Below are positions 11,898 to 25,292 of a stretch of 64,000 bases of DNA, piece after piece (the first letter of the stretch is position 1; the number at the start of each line of letters is the position of its first letter). The position numbers were made by a program, and so were the translations under genes. The DNA comes from Neoechinorhynchus agilis (Eukaryota; Animalia; Acanthocephala), in assembly GCA_051530055.1 (NCBI GenBank), contig CM121341.1:1550001-1614000 (forward strand), given 5' to 3'. The notes under the pieces were generated by a model, which worked only from the letters and a program-made list of their open reading frames with translations, searched no databases and was not told the origin of the DNA.

Positions 11898-13834
11898 TTG
11901 TTAGGTGTAAACTCTTAACGAGAAAGCAGTTGTTCTCCTACTTTCTAGAGAGCTTTTTTTTGCGGCGTATCAAATCGTGTGCACATAACGCTCCACGAGC
12001 CACATTCGAGCTCGTCGCAAAAAGGTTGGTATATGGTAGAGCTAAAACAATAAACATCGAAATATACGACTAAAAATTTGGATGAAGCAAATCACTTTTG
12101 TATTAGCCGAGGAGTCTGGTAAAATTAAGAATGAAATTTGGTTTGAAAGCAAGAACTAGCATCAAGAAACAATTTTATTCCAAGCAGTTCCGCGATGAAC
12201 ATTTAATGGAGATTACTTTGGACGAATCTAAGATATGAAGCAAAAGATTTCTCGGTGATCTACAAGGCATTCGTCATCCTCGACGTTTTTTTATTATTAA
12301 ATGAAATTATGATACCTAAACTTTAATTTTGCTTAAAATACTTCGATCCACGACTTGGATCTTGTTTTTACAGCACCAAAAGGTCGATGACTGAAAACGT
12401 ACTGCGAAATGAAGTCAATCTTTGCGAGTGCGCGGTTTAGCTATTATATGGCCTTTTCTAAATAAACGATCAATGGAGTTCGATTTTCTTTTTAAATATC
12501 TCTGAATCGCTCAACCAAGTGTAGATCAAAGATTATTAAAATTGAAAATTGGCTGGATGAATAAAATTGAATTACTTTTATTCATCTCGCCCTCGTCAAA
12601 AAAACTCTGGAAAACATCTTTAAATTTTAATAAAGCATAGAATGCGTCCCGTAATCATGCATCAAATATATTATTGACATTAAAATTCAATTCGAAGAAA
12701 ATAAAGGAGTCTATCGGAAATATTTATGCTATTTATTCAATTTATTTTTAGTAAGGCATTTTCAGCTTTTATATTGTAGTCTATCTGATATTCGAACTAA
12801 AGTGGCACGAAATCGCATCGATAATGTACAAATATGAATAAATCAAACTTTGTGCTGCAAATATGTCATTAAAGTGAAGCAAAAATTAAATTGAACGTTA
12901 ATGTCAAGAGTGTAAATAGTCCCGTCTGCTGATAAAATTTATCACTACTAGTTAATTTTACTTATCTTTTGATAAAGATTAATCATCAAGGACAGACTTC
13001 CTCGCGAAATATCTCAATTCAATAGTTCCATTCAGAGATGATTGTTCGGCAGCTAGAATTTTTATAAATTTAAAACAGCAATTTTCTTACTTTGAGTAAT
13101 CGACGAATTAAAAATGATTGCAATCCATAAGTGTATTTGAATTGATTGCAAAAATATTTAGAATTGATACTACACAGCCTTTTAAAAATAGAATCTGATT
13201 TGGCCTAAAACTCCATCTAAAATTTGCCCTTTCATTCTGTTTGCACTTCCGTAAGCCACAATTAGTAATTCGAGATCTAAACGATCTTTTTTCCATCTTG
13301 TCAATCGGTTGAGAATTCACTGTGAAGGATATATCTATTAGACAATTCGAAATTAAGAACCTTTACAATGGTAGAATTTTTGTTCAAAGTGTTTTGTGAA
13401 GTTTCAATGAACTGTTGGATTCGCTATAATTTTTTCACTATAATACGTTGCCGAATATACTTTTTATAAACATTATCATTTCCTATTTGCTAAAAAATAT
13501 TCGGTGTGACAAAACTTATTTCGCCGGCTTTATTTTCAACAAATACTTGACCCTTCATCGGTTATTTTTTATTGTGTAGATATTCATTTAGGAATTAATT
13601 ATGATGGTGAACTGACGGAAATCGTTAGCGAAATTTTGGAGTGGGAATTTATTCCGTCATTATAGATGCGTTTGAGTATTCGAGTTTTAAATACAAAATA
13701 AAACGAACAAAAATGCAAATTAGTAGGATTAAGTAGCTGAAAGGTAATCAAGAAAATCTTTATAGGACCCAAATAAGTTCTTTTGCCCTCCAGCCACAAA
13801 TCCTTTACAAATTCCTGGATTATATGCATAAGAT

Positions 13835-16021
13835 TCAAACCGCAGTTCCATTACAGATCACATTGAGGTTATCACACGGTTCATATTTCTTGAATAACTT
13901 TAGATATGAGCAAATCACATACATAAGGCAAGCAGCGGCGAATTGACCGATCTTAACGCCAAATCGACAAGCAAAAGTGCTTGGTAGATCGATCTTTGCC
14001 AGAATTTGATCAGTGGAGAATTCACAGAACGAGAGTAAGAATGTTGCTAAGAGCCACGGGACAATTATGATTAAAGAGCTGATTGGTAGATCGAATCCAT
14101 ATGGGCATGGACTGTATGAAGCGGTTATCCATATGAAAGCGACGAAGAAACTCGCGAGTGCCGTTAGGATTTTGTGGGTTTGCCCGCTCATATGTGAGTA
14201 CAACGTGGATACGAGTGTTGCGAGTGGTGTTGTAAGTGGAATTAACATTGCTGCTACGTAGAAGAGATGGTCTCCATAGGGAAGGATTGAGTAGGTCATA
14301 AGAGCAGGTAAGACTCCAAACTTTAATACCGGCATAAGTTTGTTCAACAAAAACAATAATTGAAATTTTTCCGAAAGTGGTGGCTGCTTAACGATTGGTG
14401 GTGCTGGTTTTAAAACAAATATACTGTCTCTATAGTACCTGAGATCGAATTCGTCAACGTCGTCAGGATCAAATTCGTCTGTAGAAACAATACTTTGCCT
14501 GGCTACCATTCCGGATTTTAAAAGGTTTGTGAATCCAGCTAAACATGTCAGTGTGTAGGCTTCTATTGCAATAAATGAAATGAGTGATAGAAGAAGAGAT
14601 GCACCAATGACGAGCATAAAAGTCCTGAATGTCATGTGAGTTCGTGCGTATTGAGGAATGAGTGTTTGGTTGTTGTGAACGGTTGTGTTCATTGTACAGT
14701 TGATAAGCCCATGAGATCCTTGGATACCTGCCAATGCTGAGGGTATAAGCGCACCGAGCGAAACTCCCATAATGTGCGATACTTTGAGCGTTTGGCAATC
14801 AGCACGGCTTAAAGTTAATCGTATCATTCGAAAAAATAACTATTTTTAAAGAATAGTAGTAATTTTTCTTCTTCTACATTTATTTGTAGCATTTGAAAAC
14901 GAACTCAAAAGCTTAGTTCGATGAATGTTTTCAAATTTAGTTCATATGTCGCTACTATATCCACAACAATGCCTTTTCGTTTGGATCAAACAGGTCACTG
15001 ATAAGTCTTAAACGGTTCGCGTAAGCTATATGTTTTACTTTTAACAAAATTAGATTTACTGGTACTTTTTTGAAAATTAAAGAACTTTGAGCCATGAAAG
15101 AGCGATTTACGGAAACAAATATTCGGAACTTTAAGATTAAACTGAAATAATACCACTAGAATGTTTTCATTAGCTCCCATTCATGCGTCAATATTCAAAG
15201 AAGCACAAATAAAGTTGGACAAAACATTTTGTTCGTTTATTTTGCGATATTAGAAGAATCGAGTTTTTGTTGTTTTGTAATTTTTTAATCAAGCATTGCA
15301 TATGGAACGCAAATCTAGAATTGAATATCTTTCATTGATTTATTGAAGCTAAATAATAGAGCGTTGAACCTGCTAAAAAATGCACGGATAAGCCAATTGT
15401 TTCAAGAACGTTACAACACTTGAGTGCAAACCCTCGACTCCCCCAAAATACTCCACTGATTACCTGATTCTCAAAGTATTTGATATATTGCTCACATGAG
15501 TAAACCAGCGTTGTATCGGCGAATCCAACCAAAAAAACGCAGAAAACGACTGCGAATAGAAGGGTCTTGCTGCTGCCATCAAATGCCTGCAGCAGAATAA
15601 ATCCCATCGAAGAACAGGATGCTATTTGAGCAACGAGCATCACATAAACCAATGGAGATATCTCAGTTAGGAAAATCTTTCGAGCTGGTTCTTTAACTGC
15701 AATGTCGTCTGGGAAATTAACGACTCGCCTACGATTGCGCTGCCCTTCATTAGCTGTCCTTAGATCGTCCTTCTTCTCAACAACCGCATTTACTTTAAAT
15801 AGAGCCAAAAATGCCATAACGTTCGAAAGTTGGAGGATCATATTTATCAATGCAGGAAGGTCCCATTTGTCCGCAATGAATGATATGATAAATGGAAGCT
15901 CCACAAATATCGCATTTACACCCAATCCGTTGCAAATGGATAAAACGACAAACGCCAACCGATGAACAATCTCATTTGTTAACCGTTCTTTATTGTTGTT
16001 CATTTGTTTAATACCACTCAT
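13835..16021 (-). CDS. Riboflavin transporter, SLC52A family (probably 2 exons: 16021-15464, 14839-13835)
   Basis: NAIFVELP..WDLP...LQLSN in the first ORF; LIPSALAGIQG...C and SILPYG / SPCP motifs in the second. A CAG|GTAATC donor and a phase-0 AATAG acceptor join them in frame. The exact junction is uncertain. Confidence 0.8.
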
Positions 16022-16904
16022 TCTGGAGTTTGTAACTCCTTGTTATCTGAAAATTAAAGACAATAAATTTAAAATCTACGATTTATCACTAACGAAAATG
16101 ATGAAATATTTTCACGGGAAACTTTAATGGTCTTAGATAGCGCTTTATCGCTGTTGTTCAATGCGACGTAAAGCGTCACGTATAAATGTGGAGCTTTAAA
16201 AATTAATTTTGCTTTATTTTTTGGTTAGAATGTGGCTAAATTCGAAATTGGTCCAATATTAATACGTTTTATAATTCGATACTTTGCAGTACTTCAAGGG
16301 AAAACGCAACTAAAAAACAATCTCAAATTAGCTAAAACACTTTCAATAGGACGGAATCATTGGTTTTTTGATTACCTTTTTACAGACAATGATGTAGATA
16401 CACTATATATCCTCTTATTATTCGCTACAGTACCCCGGGCACCTTTTACTATCTGCACGCAAACAATTTCTGGATGCCACTGAATTACGCAAGTCACAAA
16501 TGGCTTGTAACACATAATAACGTATTTCTCCATTGGGAAAACGGCATTTGTACATCAATATTAATCTGGTTTCCATTGAAAAGACCAGTTCGTCCCTCAG
16601 TGTTAGGTAAAGTCTATTAAGTCCTTTAATAGCAAAGGTCCTTGTAGAAGTGTTATTTAGGTCTATTGGTTTATAAGTAATTAATGGCGAAATTCATCTC
16701 TTATTGTGTGGGATGCGAGATTTCTGTTGTATAAAAGACAAAAAAATCATAATATTCTTCGACTGATCGACAATTTATAGAGAGTTCATTTCACTACCGA
16801 AATAAATGAACCAAGAATATCAAATTTTAAAAAATAAAGATATAGCCCACTTTGGATTTTAAACTACTTTTACGGCGTCCATCGAGAGAGAGAGAAGTTT
16901 TTGG

Positions 16905-17309
16905 TCAAACTAAACAAGTAGCAAGCGAGACAATTTTCGCAAATCTCGCATCGTTTCTGAGGATTGTTGATACTGGACCGAAGATCCGCGTTCCTAATGG
17001 GTTCAGGTCTTTATCGACGAGTACGACGTTGTTTGTATCGAATCGAGGTCGGTTTTGTTTAGAGAAGTATCCCTTACATCCGACAATTACGGCTTTACAA
17101 GTTCTACCACGGACGGCCAGAAGGACAACATCGCCAGTACGACCGATCGATTGACGATTATAGACGTGAATGACGCAAGGTCTTCGTTTGTATAGCATTC
17201 CTTCAGTTGCGAGTTTGCTATTGTCCACAATGTTGACTGTGCTACGTCGGATGAGATGTCGGCATACTGAACTAGTTGAGAAAGTAGCACGTAAAACTAA
17301 AGCTGACAT
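16905..17309 (-). CDS. MRPL14: Mitochondrial ribosomal protein uL14m
   Basis: VDNS...PCVIHVY...[10 protein letters not shown]...KAVIVG...[12 protein letters not shown]...[10 protein letters not shown] motifs; N-terminal presequence-like segment; intronless. Confidence 0.92.
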   Translation of the reverse strand: MSALVLRATFSTSSVCRHLIRRSTVNIVDNSKLATEGMLYKRRPCVIHVYNRQSIGRTGDVVLLAVRGRTCKAVIVGCKGYFSKQNRPRFDTNNVVLVDKDLNPLGTRIFGPVSTILRNDARFAKIVSLATCLV

Positions 17310-17600
17310 CTATAATGTATTGAAAAAAGTCATGAACAAGTGTGGCAGACTAAAGCACTGCCAAGTTTACGACAAGGAATGTTAAAGAGCTTTCGGCGAC
17401 ATCGATTAAGTGACCAGGATTCACAAAGAAGACATGCGATGATCAAAATGATCCTACTTTAACACCGCCAAGATTAAAATCGCGGACGAAAATATAACTT
17501 TTATTTTAAAACCAAAAAAGATCCTACTGAGCAAAATGAATTTAAATAAAATCGAAAACAGTTTTTCGGTTTTTTAAGTGATTAAATCACCGCCAGTCAG

Positions 17601-17812
17601 GCACTCGGGTTGTTTGGTACCATGGCACAGGACCTGGTCAAGCAATTGTCTAAGAGATTGAGACGAATCATTGGCGATCCGAGATCAGGAGCACTCCTTC
17701 TACAAAACATAAGCCTGGCTCTTCAACGGGCTGGAAGGCTGCATCCGTACTCTGGACGATTACACCAGGACGCTCGTTGAGTGATCCAGAGCAGTGGCGT
17801 GAATGTTTGTAA
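17601..17812 (+). mobile_element. 3' tail fragment of a CRE-like retrotransposon (family F)
   Basis: Translates ALGLFGTMAQDLVKQLSKRLRRIIGDPRSGALLLQNISLALQRG/AASVLWT...*, the same C-terminal signature as the longer elements in the window. Confidence 0.75.
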
Positions 17813-18571
17813 GGTATAAACTACAAAAATGATGAAGAAAACTGGCATTGTAAAAAAATGTTGATTTATGGGAACTTTTAGACTGAGCCTGAGATTGGTA
17901 CTAAAATTCATTAGTTCTACTGTTAATTTAAAGAAGATTATATAAAAATCGGTAGCGAATGAAGCCGCGTGAATCCCAGTCGATTTACAGGTTGAACATT
18001 CAGGATGATAGTGGCGTTCCTGATGTTGAAAAGCGGGTGTTCCATTCAAAACGGGTTTTGCGCATTTATCACAGATCGGAACACGTCCAGTATCGTCAGC
18101 GGTGATCACAATTTTTTGACCGAGGAAATTTTCGATTTCAGGCGGTGCATGTTCACGACCAGAATGACCCATCGACATATGATGGCTGCAGTTGAGACAT
18201 TGAAATCGATTTTGGCCCAAATCCACGAATCGCATTCCATCATTAATCACAGCTTCACACCGATCACAAGTAAAGCATTGACTATGGAACCTAAGACCAT
18301 TATAACATTTCGCTCTAAGACCAGCTTGGATTTTCTGTCCACAAACAGCACAAACGGGACTTGTGGCATCATTGCATTGTTCACACATAAAGAGATTATC
18401 TCCTTTGGGATAAAAGGCAAGACCAGCTAGGCTCTTGTTGCATGATCGACATCGAAAACATTCGGGATGGTAATGAACGTCTTTATAAATTTGCATCGCT
18501 TCACCCCGCCTAAATCGTTGTTTACATATTCCGCACGAAATATCCAGGAATTGGCGGTTTCGGCTGTCCAT
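17723..18571 (-). CDS. LIM-domain protein (two complete LIM domains plus a truncated third)
   Basis: CGIC..HPECFRCRSC..CEQC; CAVC..HSQCFTCDRC..CLNC; the third, CDKC..HPECSTC, lacks its second zinc knuckle. ATG at 18571. The true 3' end is uncertain. Confidence 0.75.
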   Translation of the reverse strand: MDSRNRQFLDISCGICKQRFRRGEAMQIYKDVHYHPECFRCRSCNKSLAGLAFYPKGDNLFMCEQCNDATSPVCAVCGQKIQAGLRAKCYNGLRFHSQCFTCDRCEAVINDGMRFVDLGQNRFQCLNCSHHMSMGHSGREHAPPEIENFLGQKIVITADDTGRVPICDKCAKPVLNGTPAFQHQERHYHPECSTCKSTGIHAASFATDFYIIFFKLTVELMNFSTNLRLSLKVPINQHFFTMPVFFIIFVVYTLQTFTPLLWITQRASWCNRPEYGCSLPAR

Positions 18572-19364
18572 TCCGAATGGAGCGATTATTGGTGAGAAGA
18601 ATACAGTCAAAAAAAGAGTGTGAAGCTTTTTTTGGCTTGTATATCTGGCTGTTTATGTGTCGCGGTGACGAATCGGGGAGGAAAAGACTCGAAAATAGGC
18701 GACAGACACTCAGGTACGTACGGTAAAAGACAACCACGAATACTCAAGACGAGAAAGTAATCGATAGGGCGACATTCCAGAATGTACCGTGGTTTCTCTT
18801 AGAAAATAAATTAAAAGTCTAACGAAAATCGTACTCTCTTTTTTGCGGGGGGAATATTGGCAATCTAGGCGACGAAAATGAGCAAAAAATCCAAATAAAT
18901 TATAAAATTCAAGCAAAAATGTTCAATTTGAACGCCAAAAAACAATATCAAATGTTTACTGCGACGAAAATAATGGAACACAAGCAAAAAAATATGATTG
19001 CGCCATTTGTTTCGAGAGATTCAATCAAAATTTTAATCTAATGATAAAAAGTATTCCAAAAATTACAATCAAAATAAACAATTTTATTAAATGTATTTTG
19101 GAATAGGAAACTTATAATATTATAAACTATTGAGCTCTCAAAGTAGAACAGCTAAAAAAAATTAAAGTGAGTTAAATTAACAAATTAAACAGTACAAATC
19201 TTAAAAATAACAACTGAAAGAAATGTAGGCCTTTTAAAAAAAAGAAAAGCGAAAGACAGGAAAACCACAATTCGATTGACAGACTCACAGAAACGAACGA
19301 ATTTATAAAGATCTTATAACCAATCGTCATCGCGTCCGAAAAACAAGAAGTACGCCATTAAACG

Positions 19365-22300
19365 AGTTATTATATCCCGAATTTGGTTAAGGGGTAACTA
19401 CCGCGACGCCAGGACGTTGTGCTCTTTAAAAGAAACCATTTTATTAACCAAAAATCGAAGGCGACGATAAAACGGTTATAGAACCGAGACCTTTTCGGAA
19501 ATTCTATTAACCCAAAGAATACATTTTCTTGTAAAAGATAGCAAAAATTTAGTTGATTTCACTCTTGAAATGACAAAATTCTATCAGTGTTCGATGTGGA
19601 TCGCCATAAATGGCAAAAACATCAAGTTGTTATATCCCGAATTTGGTTAAGGGGTAACAATCGCTACGCCAGACGAGGACGTTGTGCTTTTAACATTTTA
19701 TACATCGAAGGTGCGTTGAGCCTTTTTCTATTCCGAATACTTTTTGTAAAAGATAAATTTAGTTGTCACTTGAATGCTCTATATGAAATCAATTTTATAT
19801 CGATTTGGGACTGCTACGCAGGACATCGACGGGACGTTGTGCTCTTTAAAAGAAACCATTTTATTAACCAAAAATCGAAGGCGACGATTTGGCAGTTGCG
19901 AAACCGAGACCTTTTCGGAAATTCTATTAACCCAAAGAATACATTTTCTTGTAAAAGATAGCAAAAATTTAGTTGATTTCACTCTTGAGATGACAAAATT
20001 CTATCAGTGTTCGATGTGGATCGCCATAAATGGCAAAAACATCAAGTTGTTATATCCCGAATTTGGTTAAGGGGTAACAATCGCTACGCCAGGACATCGA
20101 CGGGACGTTGTGCTCTTTAAAAGAAACCATTTTATTAACCAAAAATCGAAGGCGACGATTTGGCAGTTGCGAAACCGAGACCTTTTCGGAAATTCTATTA
20201 ACCCAAAGAATACATTTTCTTGTAAAAGATAGCAAAAATTTAGTTGATTTCACTCTTGAGATGACAAAATTCTATCAGTGTTCGATGTGGATCGCCATAA
20301 ATGGCAAAAACATCAAGTTGTTATATCCCGAATTTGGTTAAGGGGTAACAATCGCTACGCCAGGACATCGACGGGACGTTGTGCTCTTTAAAAGAAACCA
20401 TTTTATTAACCAAAAATCGAAGGCGACGATTTGGCAGTTGCGAAACCGAGACCTTTTCGGAAATTCTATTAACCCAAAGAATACATTTTCTTGTAAAAGA
20501 TAGCAAAAATTTAGTTGATTTCACTCTTGAGATGACAAAATTCTATCAGTGTTCGATGTGGATCGCCATAAATGGCAAAAACATCAAGTTGTTATATCCC
20601 GAATTTGGTTAAGGGGTAACAATCGCTACGCCAGGACATCGACGGGACGTTGTGCTCTTTAAAAGAAACCATTTTATTAACCAAAAATCGAAGGCGACGA
20701 TTTGGCAGTTGCGAAACCGAGACCTTTTCGGAAATTCTATTAACCCAAAGAATACATTTTCTTGTAAAAGATAGCAAAAATTTAGTTGATTTCACTCTTG
20801 AGATGACAAAATTCTATCAGTGTTCGATGTGGATCGCCATAAATGGCAAAAACATCAAGTTGTTATATCCCGAATTTGGTTAAGGGGTAACAATCGCTAC
20901 GCCAGGACATCGACGGGACGTTGTGCTCTTTAAAAGAAACCATTTTATTAACCAAAAATCGAAGGCGACGATTTGGCAGTTGCGAAACCGAGACCTTTTC
21001 GGAAATTCTATTAACCCAAAGAATACATTTTCTTGTAAAAGATAGCAAAAATTTAGTTGATTTCACTCTTGAGATGACAAAATTCTATCAGTGTTCGATG
21101 TGGATCGCCATAAATGGCAAAAACATCAAGTTGTTATATCCCGAATTTGGTTAAGGGGTAACAATCGCTACGCCAGGACATCGACGGGACGTTGTGCTCT
21201 TTAAAAGAAACCATTTTATTAACCAAAAATCGAAGGCGACGATTTGGCAGTTGCGAAACCGAGACCTTTTCGGAAATTCTATTAACCCAAAGAATACATT
21301 TTCTTGTAAAAGATAGCAAAAATTTAGTTGATTTCACTCTTGAGATGACAAAATTCTATCAGTGTTCGATGTGGATCGCCATAAATGGCAAAAACATCAA
21401 GTTGTTATATCCCGAATTTGGTTAAGGGGTAACAATCGCTACGCCAGGACATCGACGGGACGTTGTGCTCTTTAAAAGAAACCATTTTATTAACCAAAAA
21501 TCGAAGGCGACGATTTGGCAGTTGAAACCGAGACCTTTTCGGAAATTCTATTAACCCAAAGAATACATTTTCTTGTAAAAGATAGCAAAAATTTAGTTGA
21601 TTTCACTCTTGAGATGACAAAATTCTATCAGTGTTCGATGTGGATCGCCATAAATGGCAAAAACATCAAGTTGTTATATCCCGAATTTGGTTAAGGGGTA
21701 ACAATCGCTACGCCAGGACATCGACGGGACGTTGTGCTCTTTAAAAGAAACCATTTTATTAACCAAAAATCGAAGGCGACGATTTGGCAGTTGCGAAACC
21801 GAGACCTTTTCGGAAATTCTATTAACCCAAAGAATACATTTTCTTGTAAAAGATAGCAAAAATTTAGTTGATTTCACTCTTGAGATGACAAAATTCTATC
21901 AGTGTTCGATGTGGATCGCCATAAATGGCAAAAACATCAAGTTGTTATATCCCGAATTTGGTTAAGGGGTAACAATCGCTACGCCAGGACATCGACGGGA
22001 CGTTGTGCTCTTTAAAAGAAACCATTTTATTAACCAAAAATCGAAGGCGACGATTTGGCAGTTGCGAAACCGAGACCTTTTCGGAAATTCTATTAACCCA
22101 AAGAATACATTTTCTTGTAAAAGATAGCAAAAATTTAGTTGATTTCACTCTTGAGATGACAAAATTCTATCAGTGTTCGATGTGGATCGCCATAAATGGC
22201 AAAAACATCAAGTTGTTATATCCCGAATTTGGTTAAGGGGTAACAATCGCTACGCCAGGACATCGACGGGACGTTGTGCTCTTTAAAAGAAACCATTTTA

Positions 22301-23974
22301 TTAACCAAAAATCGAAGGCGACGATTTGGCAGTTGCGAAACCGAGACCTTTTCGGAAATTCTATTAACCCAAAGAATACATTTTCTTGTAAAAGATAGCA
22401 AAAATTTAGTTGATTTCACTCTTGAGATGACAAAATTCTATCAGTGTTCGATGTGGATCGCCATAAATGGCAAACATCAAGTTGTTATATCCCGAATTTG
22501 GTTAAGGGGTAACAATCGCTACGCCAGGACATCGACGGGACGTTGTGCTCTTTAAAAGAAACCATTTTATTAACCAAAAATCGAAGGCGACGATTTGGCA
22601 GTTGCGAAACCGAGACCTTTTCGGAAATTCTATTAACCCAAAGAATACATTTTCTTGTAAAAGATAGCAAAAATTTAGTTGATTTCACTCTTGAGATGAC
22701 AAAATTCTATCAGTGTTCGATGTGGATCGCCATAAATGGCAAAAACATCAAGTTGTTATATCCCGAATTTGGTTAAGGGGTAACAATCGCTACGCCAGGA
22801 CATCGACGGGACGTTGTGCTCTTTAAAAGAAACCATTTTATTAACCAAAAATCGAAGGCGACGATTTGGCAGTTGCGAAACCGAGACCTTTTCGGAAATT
22901 CTATTAACCCAAAGAATACATTTTCTTGTAAAAGATAGCAAAAATTTAGTTGATTTCACTCTTGAGATGACAAAATTCTATCAGTGTTCGATGTGGATCG
23001 CCATAAATGGCAAAAACATCAAGTTGTTATATCCCGAATTTGGTTAAGGGGTAACAATCGCTACGCCAGGACATCGACGGGACGTTGTGCTCTTTAAAAG
23101 AAACCATTTTATTAACCAAAAATCGAAGGCGACGATTTGGCAGTTGCGAAACCGAGACCTTTTCGGAAATTCTATTAACCCAAAGAATACATTTTCTTGT
23201 AAAAGATAGCAAAAATTTAGTTGATTTCACTCTGAGATGACAAAATTCTATCAGTGTTCGATGTGGATCGCCATAAATGGCAAAAACATCAAGTTGTTAT
23301 ATCCCGAATTTGGTTAAGGGGTAACAATCGCTACGCCAGGACATCGACGGGACGTTGTGCTCTTTAAAAGAAACCATTTTATTAACCAAAAATCGAAGGC
23401 GACGATTTGGCAGTTGCGAAACCGAGACCTTTTCGGAAATTCTATTAACCCAAAGAATACATTTTCTTGTAAAAGATAGCAAAAATTTAGTTGATTTCAC
23501 TCTTGAGATGACAAAATTCTATCAGTGTTCGATGTGGATCGCCATAAATGGCAAAAACATCAAGTTGTTATATCCCGAATTTGGTTAAGGGGTAACAATC
23601 GCTACGCCAGGACATCGACGGGACGTTGTGCTCTTTAAAAGAAACCATTTTATTAACCAAAAATCGAAGGCGACGATTTGGCAGTTGCGAAACCGAGACC
23701 TTTTCGGAAATTCTATTAACCCAAAGAATACATTTTCTTGTAAAAGATAGCAAAAATTTAGTTGATTTCACTCTTGAGATGACAAAATTCTATCAGTGTT
23801 CGATGTGGATCGCCATAAATGGCAAAAACATCAAGTTGTTATATCCCGAATTTGGTTAAGGGGTAACTATCGCTACGCCAGGACGTTTTGCTCTTTAAAA
23901 GAAACCATTTTATTAACCAAAAATCGAAGGCGACGATTAGGCTGTTGTAGAAACGAGGCCTTTTCGGAAATTCT
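19365..23974. repeat. Tandem satellite, 271-bp unit, ~17 copies, highly homogeneous; overlaps the 3' end of RPL5
   Basis: Identical ORF fragments recur every 271 bp (20050, 20321, 20592...). Terminal units are diverged, and one deletion-riddled unit lies at ~19680-19825. Confidence 0.97.
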
Positions 23975-24830
23975 CCATGACCTTCTGGACGCGGTGTTTA
24001 CGTTGTTTGAGATTAAGTCTTTTTCTATTAAATCTCTTTTGTTTTTCATAAACCTTCGTTGGTTTCTTCTCAAAGTCCGGATTCGAGCGTATTGCGGCAT
24101 GTGCCTTCTTATACATCTCTTCGATTCCATCCGGACTGATACCCTCTTTAATGTAATGAGAGAAATGCTTGTTATACTTATCTGGATCTTGCTTTTCAAG
24201 CAGACGCATATAATTTGCTACATGATGACCGAAGATTTGTCTTCGATGTGCTTCAGCATCATATGAACCTTTAGCATGGTCATAACCAAAATACCGTTTA
24301 TCGCTATGTGGTACATCGAGTCCTCCATCTACGGCTCCTTTCATAATACCGAATATTTTAACTCCGGTCACAGTACGAGCGAGACCAACGTCCAACACAG
24401 CACGAAACGCGTTTGGTCCTGTTTCAGCTTCTGGAATTTCAGCATCCTTTCCGTTACATTCATCAACGCCCGTGTACCGGCGATCGAGCCGCAATTTCTT
24501 TAGAAGACGACGAGCGACGAGTAGACCGACGCAGTAAGCAGCAGAATAGTTGGTTAGACCGACTCGGATGCCATAGCGTGTAAGTTCATGGGAATAGGCA
24601 GCACAGATAGTACGGTCCCCTTCAAGAGTGGCATAGATAACTTGAGCAACAATATCTTTGCTAGTGATCCGAGTTACTAGACGGTATTTGGGAGTCTGAT
24701 ATTTGTTTTTATCCTGATGAATAAGGCGACGACGAGCGTAGTAGTCGGTCTTTCCTTGCCGGCGGCGGCGAAACTTTACTTGAAAACGCTTGAAGTAAGC
24801 TTTGTTCTTAGTGACCTTCACAAATACCAT
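23937..24830 (-). CDS. RPL5: 60S ribosomal protein L5 (uL18)
   Basis: [36 protein letters not shown]...AYSHEL...[14 protein letters not shown]...GAVDGGL; 297 aa; intronless CDS. Confidence 0.99.
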   Translation of the reverse strand: MVFVKVTKNKAYFKRFQVKFRRRRQGKTDYYARRRLIHQDKNKYQTPKYRLVTRITSKDIVAQVIYATLEGDRTICAAYSHELTRYGIRVGLTNYSAAYCVGLLVARRLLKKLRLDRRYTGVDECNGKDAEIPEAETGPNAFRAVLDVGLARTVTGVKIFGIMKGAVDGGLDVPHSDKRYFGYDHAKGSYDAEAHRRQIFGHHVANYMRLLEKQDPDKYNKHFSHYIKEGISPDGIEEMYKKAHAAIRSNPDFEKKPTKVYEKQKRFNRKRLNLKQRKHRVQKVMENFRKGLVSTTA

Positions 24831-25249
24831 CTATGGAAGCGATTGAGAAAAGTGGTAAGGGGAGCATCAAGGGCCGCCTTTTTCCCAAATCTAAACGAAA
24901 ACAACACGTAAAACTAAGAGCTTACCGTTGTCGAAGTTAGAAATTCGTTGCGGTTTGTTTTAAAAGATGCCGGCCCAAAATGAACTTTTAAAGCTACTTT
25001 TGAAGTCCGTGGACACAAATGAAAGGCAAGATTTGATTTGCACTCGAATAAGGACCTGCGTACGATGTTTGGCCAATGATAATGGCGAGTTCATCTAATT
25101 AGGGAAAAACTGAACGGTCCTTGCATCAACAATTGACGGAACCGGATCGCAACGCACTTAATCCAGACGAAACCTATGGACGCGAGCAGACAAAACGAAC
25201 TTTTCACATTTTAATGCCGCTAAAACACTTCAAAACTCCACGCGACTTT

Positions 25250-25292
25250 GTAGATTTCTGAAGAAGTCGTGAGACGGCGAAAACGCTCGGAA
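25250..25292 (+). ncRNA. Hammerhead-like motif (degenerate cleavage-site region)
   Basis: CTGAAGA (25258-64), an extra A, stem II GTCGT-GAG-ACGGC, then GAAA (25279-82). The downstream ACGCTC does not give a clean stem III/NUH. Confidence 0.5.

Noticed and set aside
12675-12908. 19-bp imperfect inverted repeat (ttgacattaa..ttcaatt)
   Set aside because: It is too short and AT-rich to distinguish from chance.
19587-23859. Repeated 67-aa and 77-aa ORFs in the 271-bp array
   Set aside because: They have alternative starts, no recognisable domain, occur on both strands and are simple by-products of the repeat.
19365-23974. 5S rDNA array next to RPL5
   Set aside because: The unit shows no 5S rRNA sequence or internal A/C-box pattern that I can recognise.
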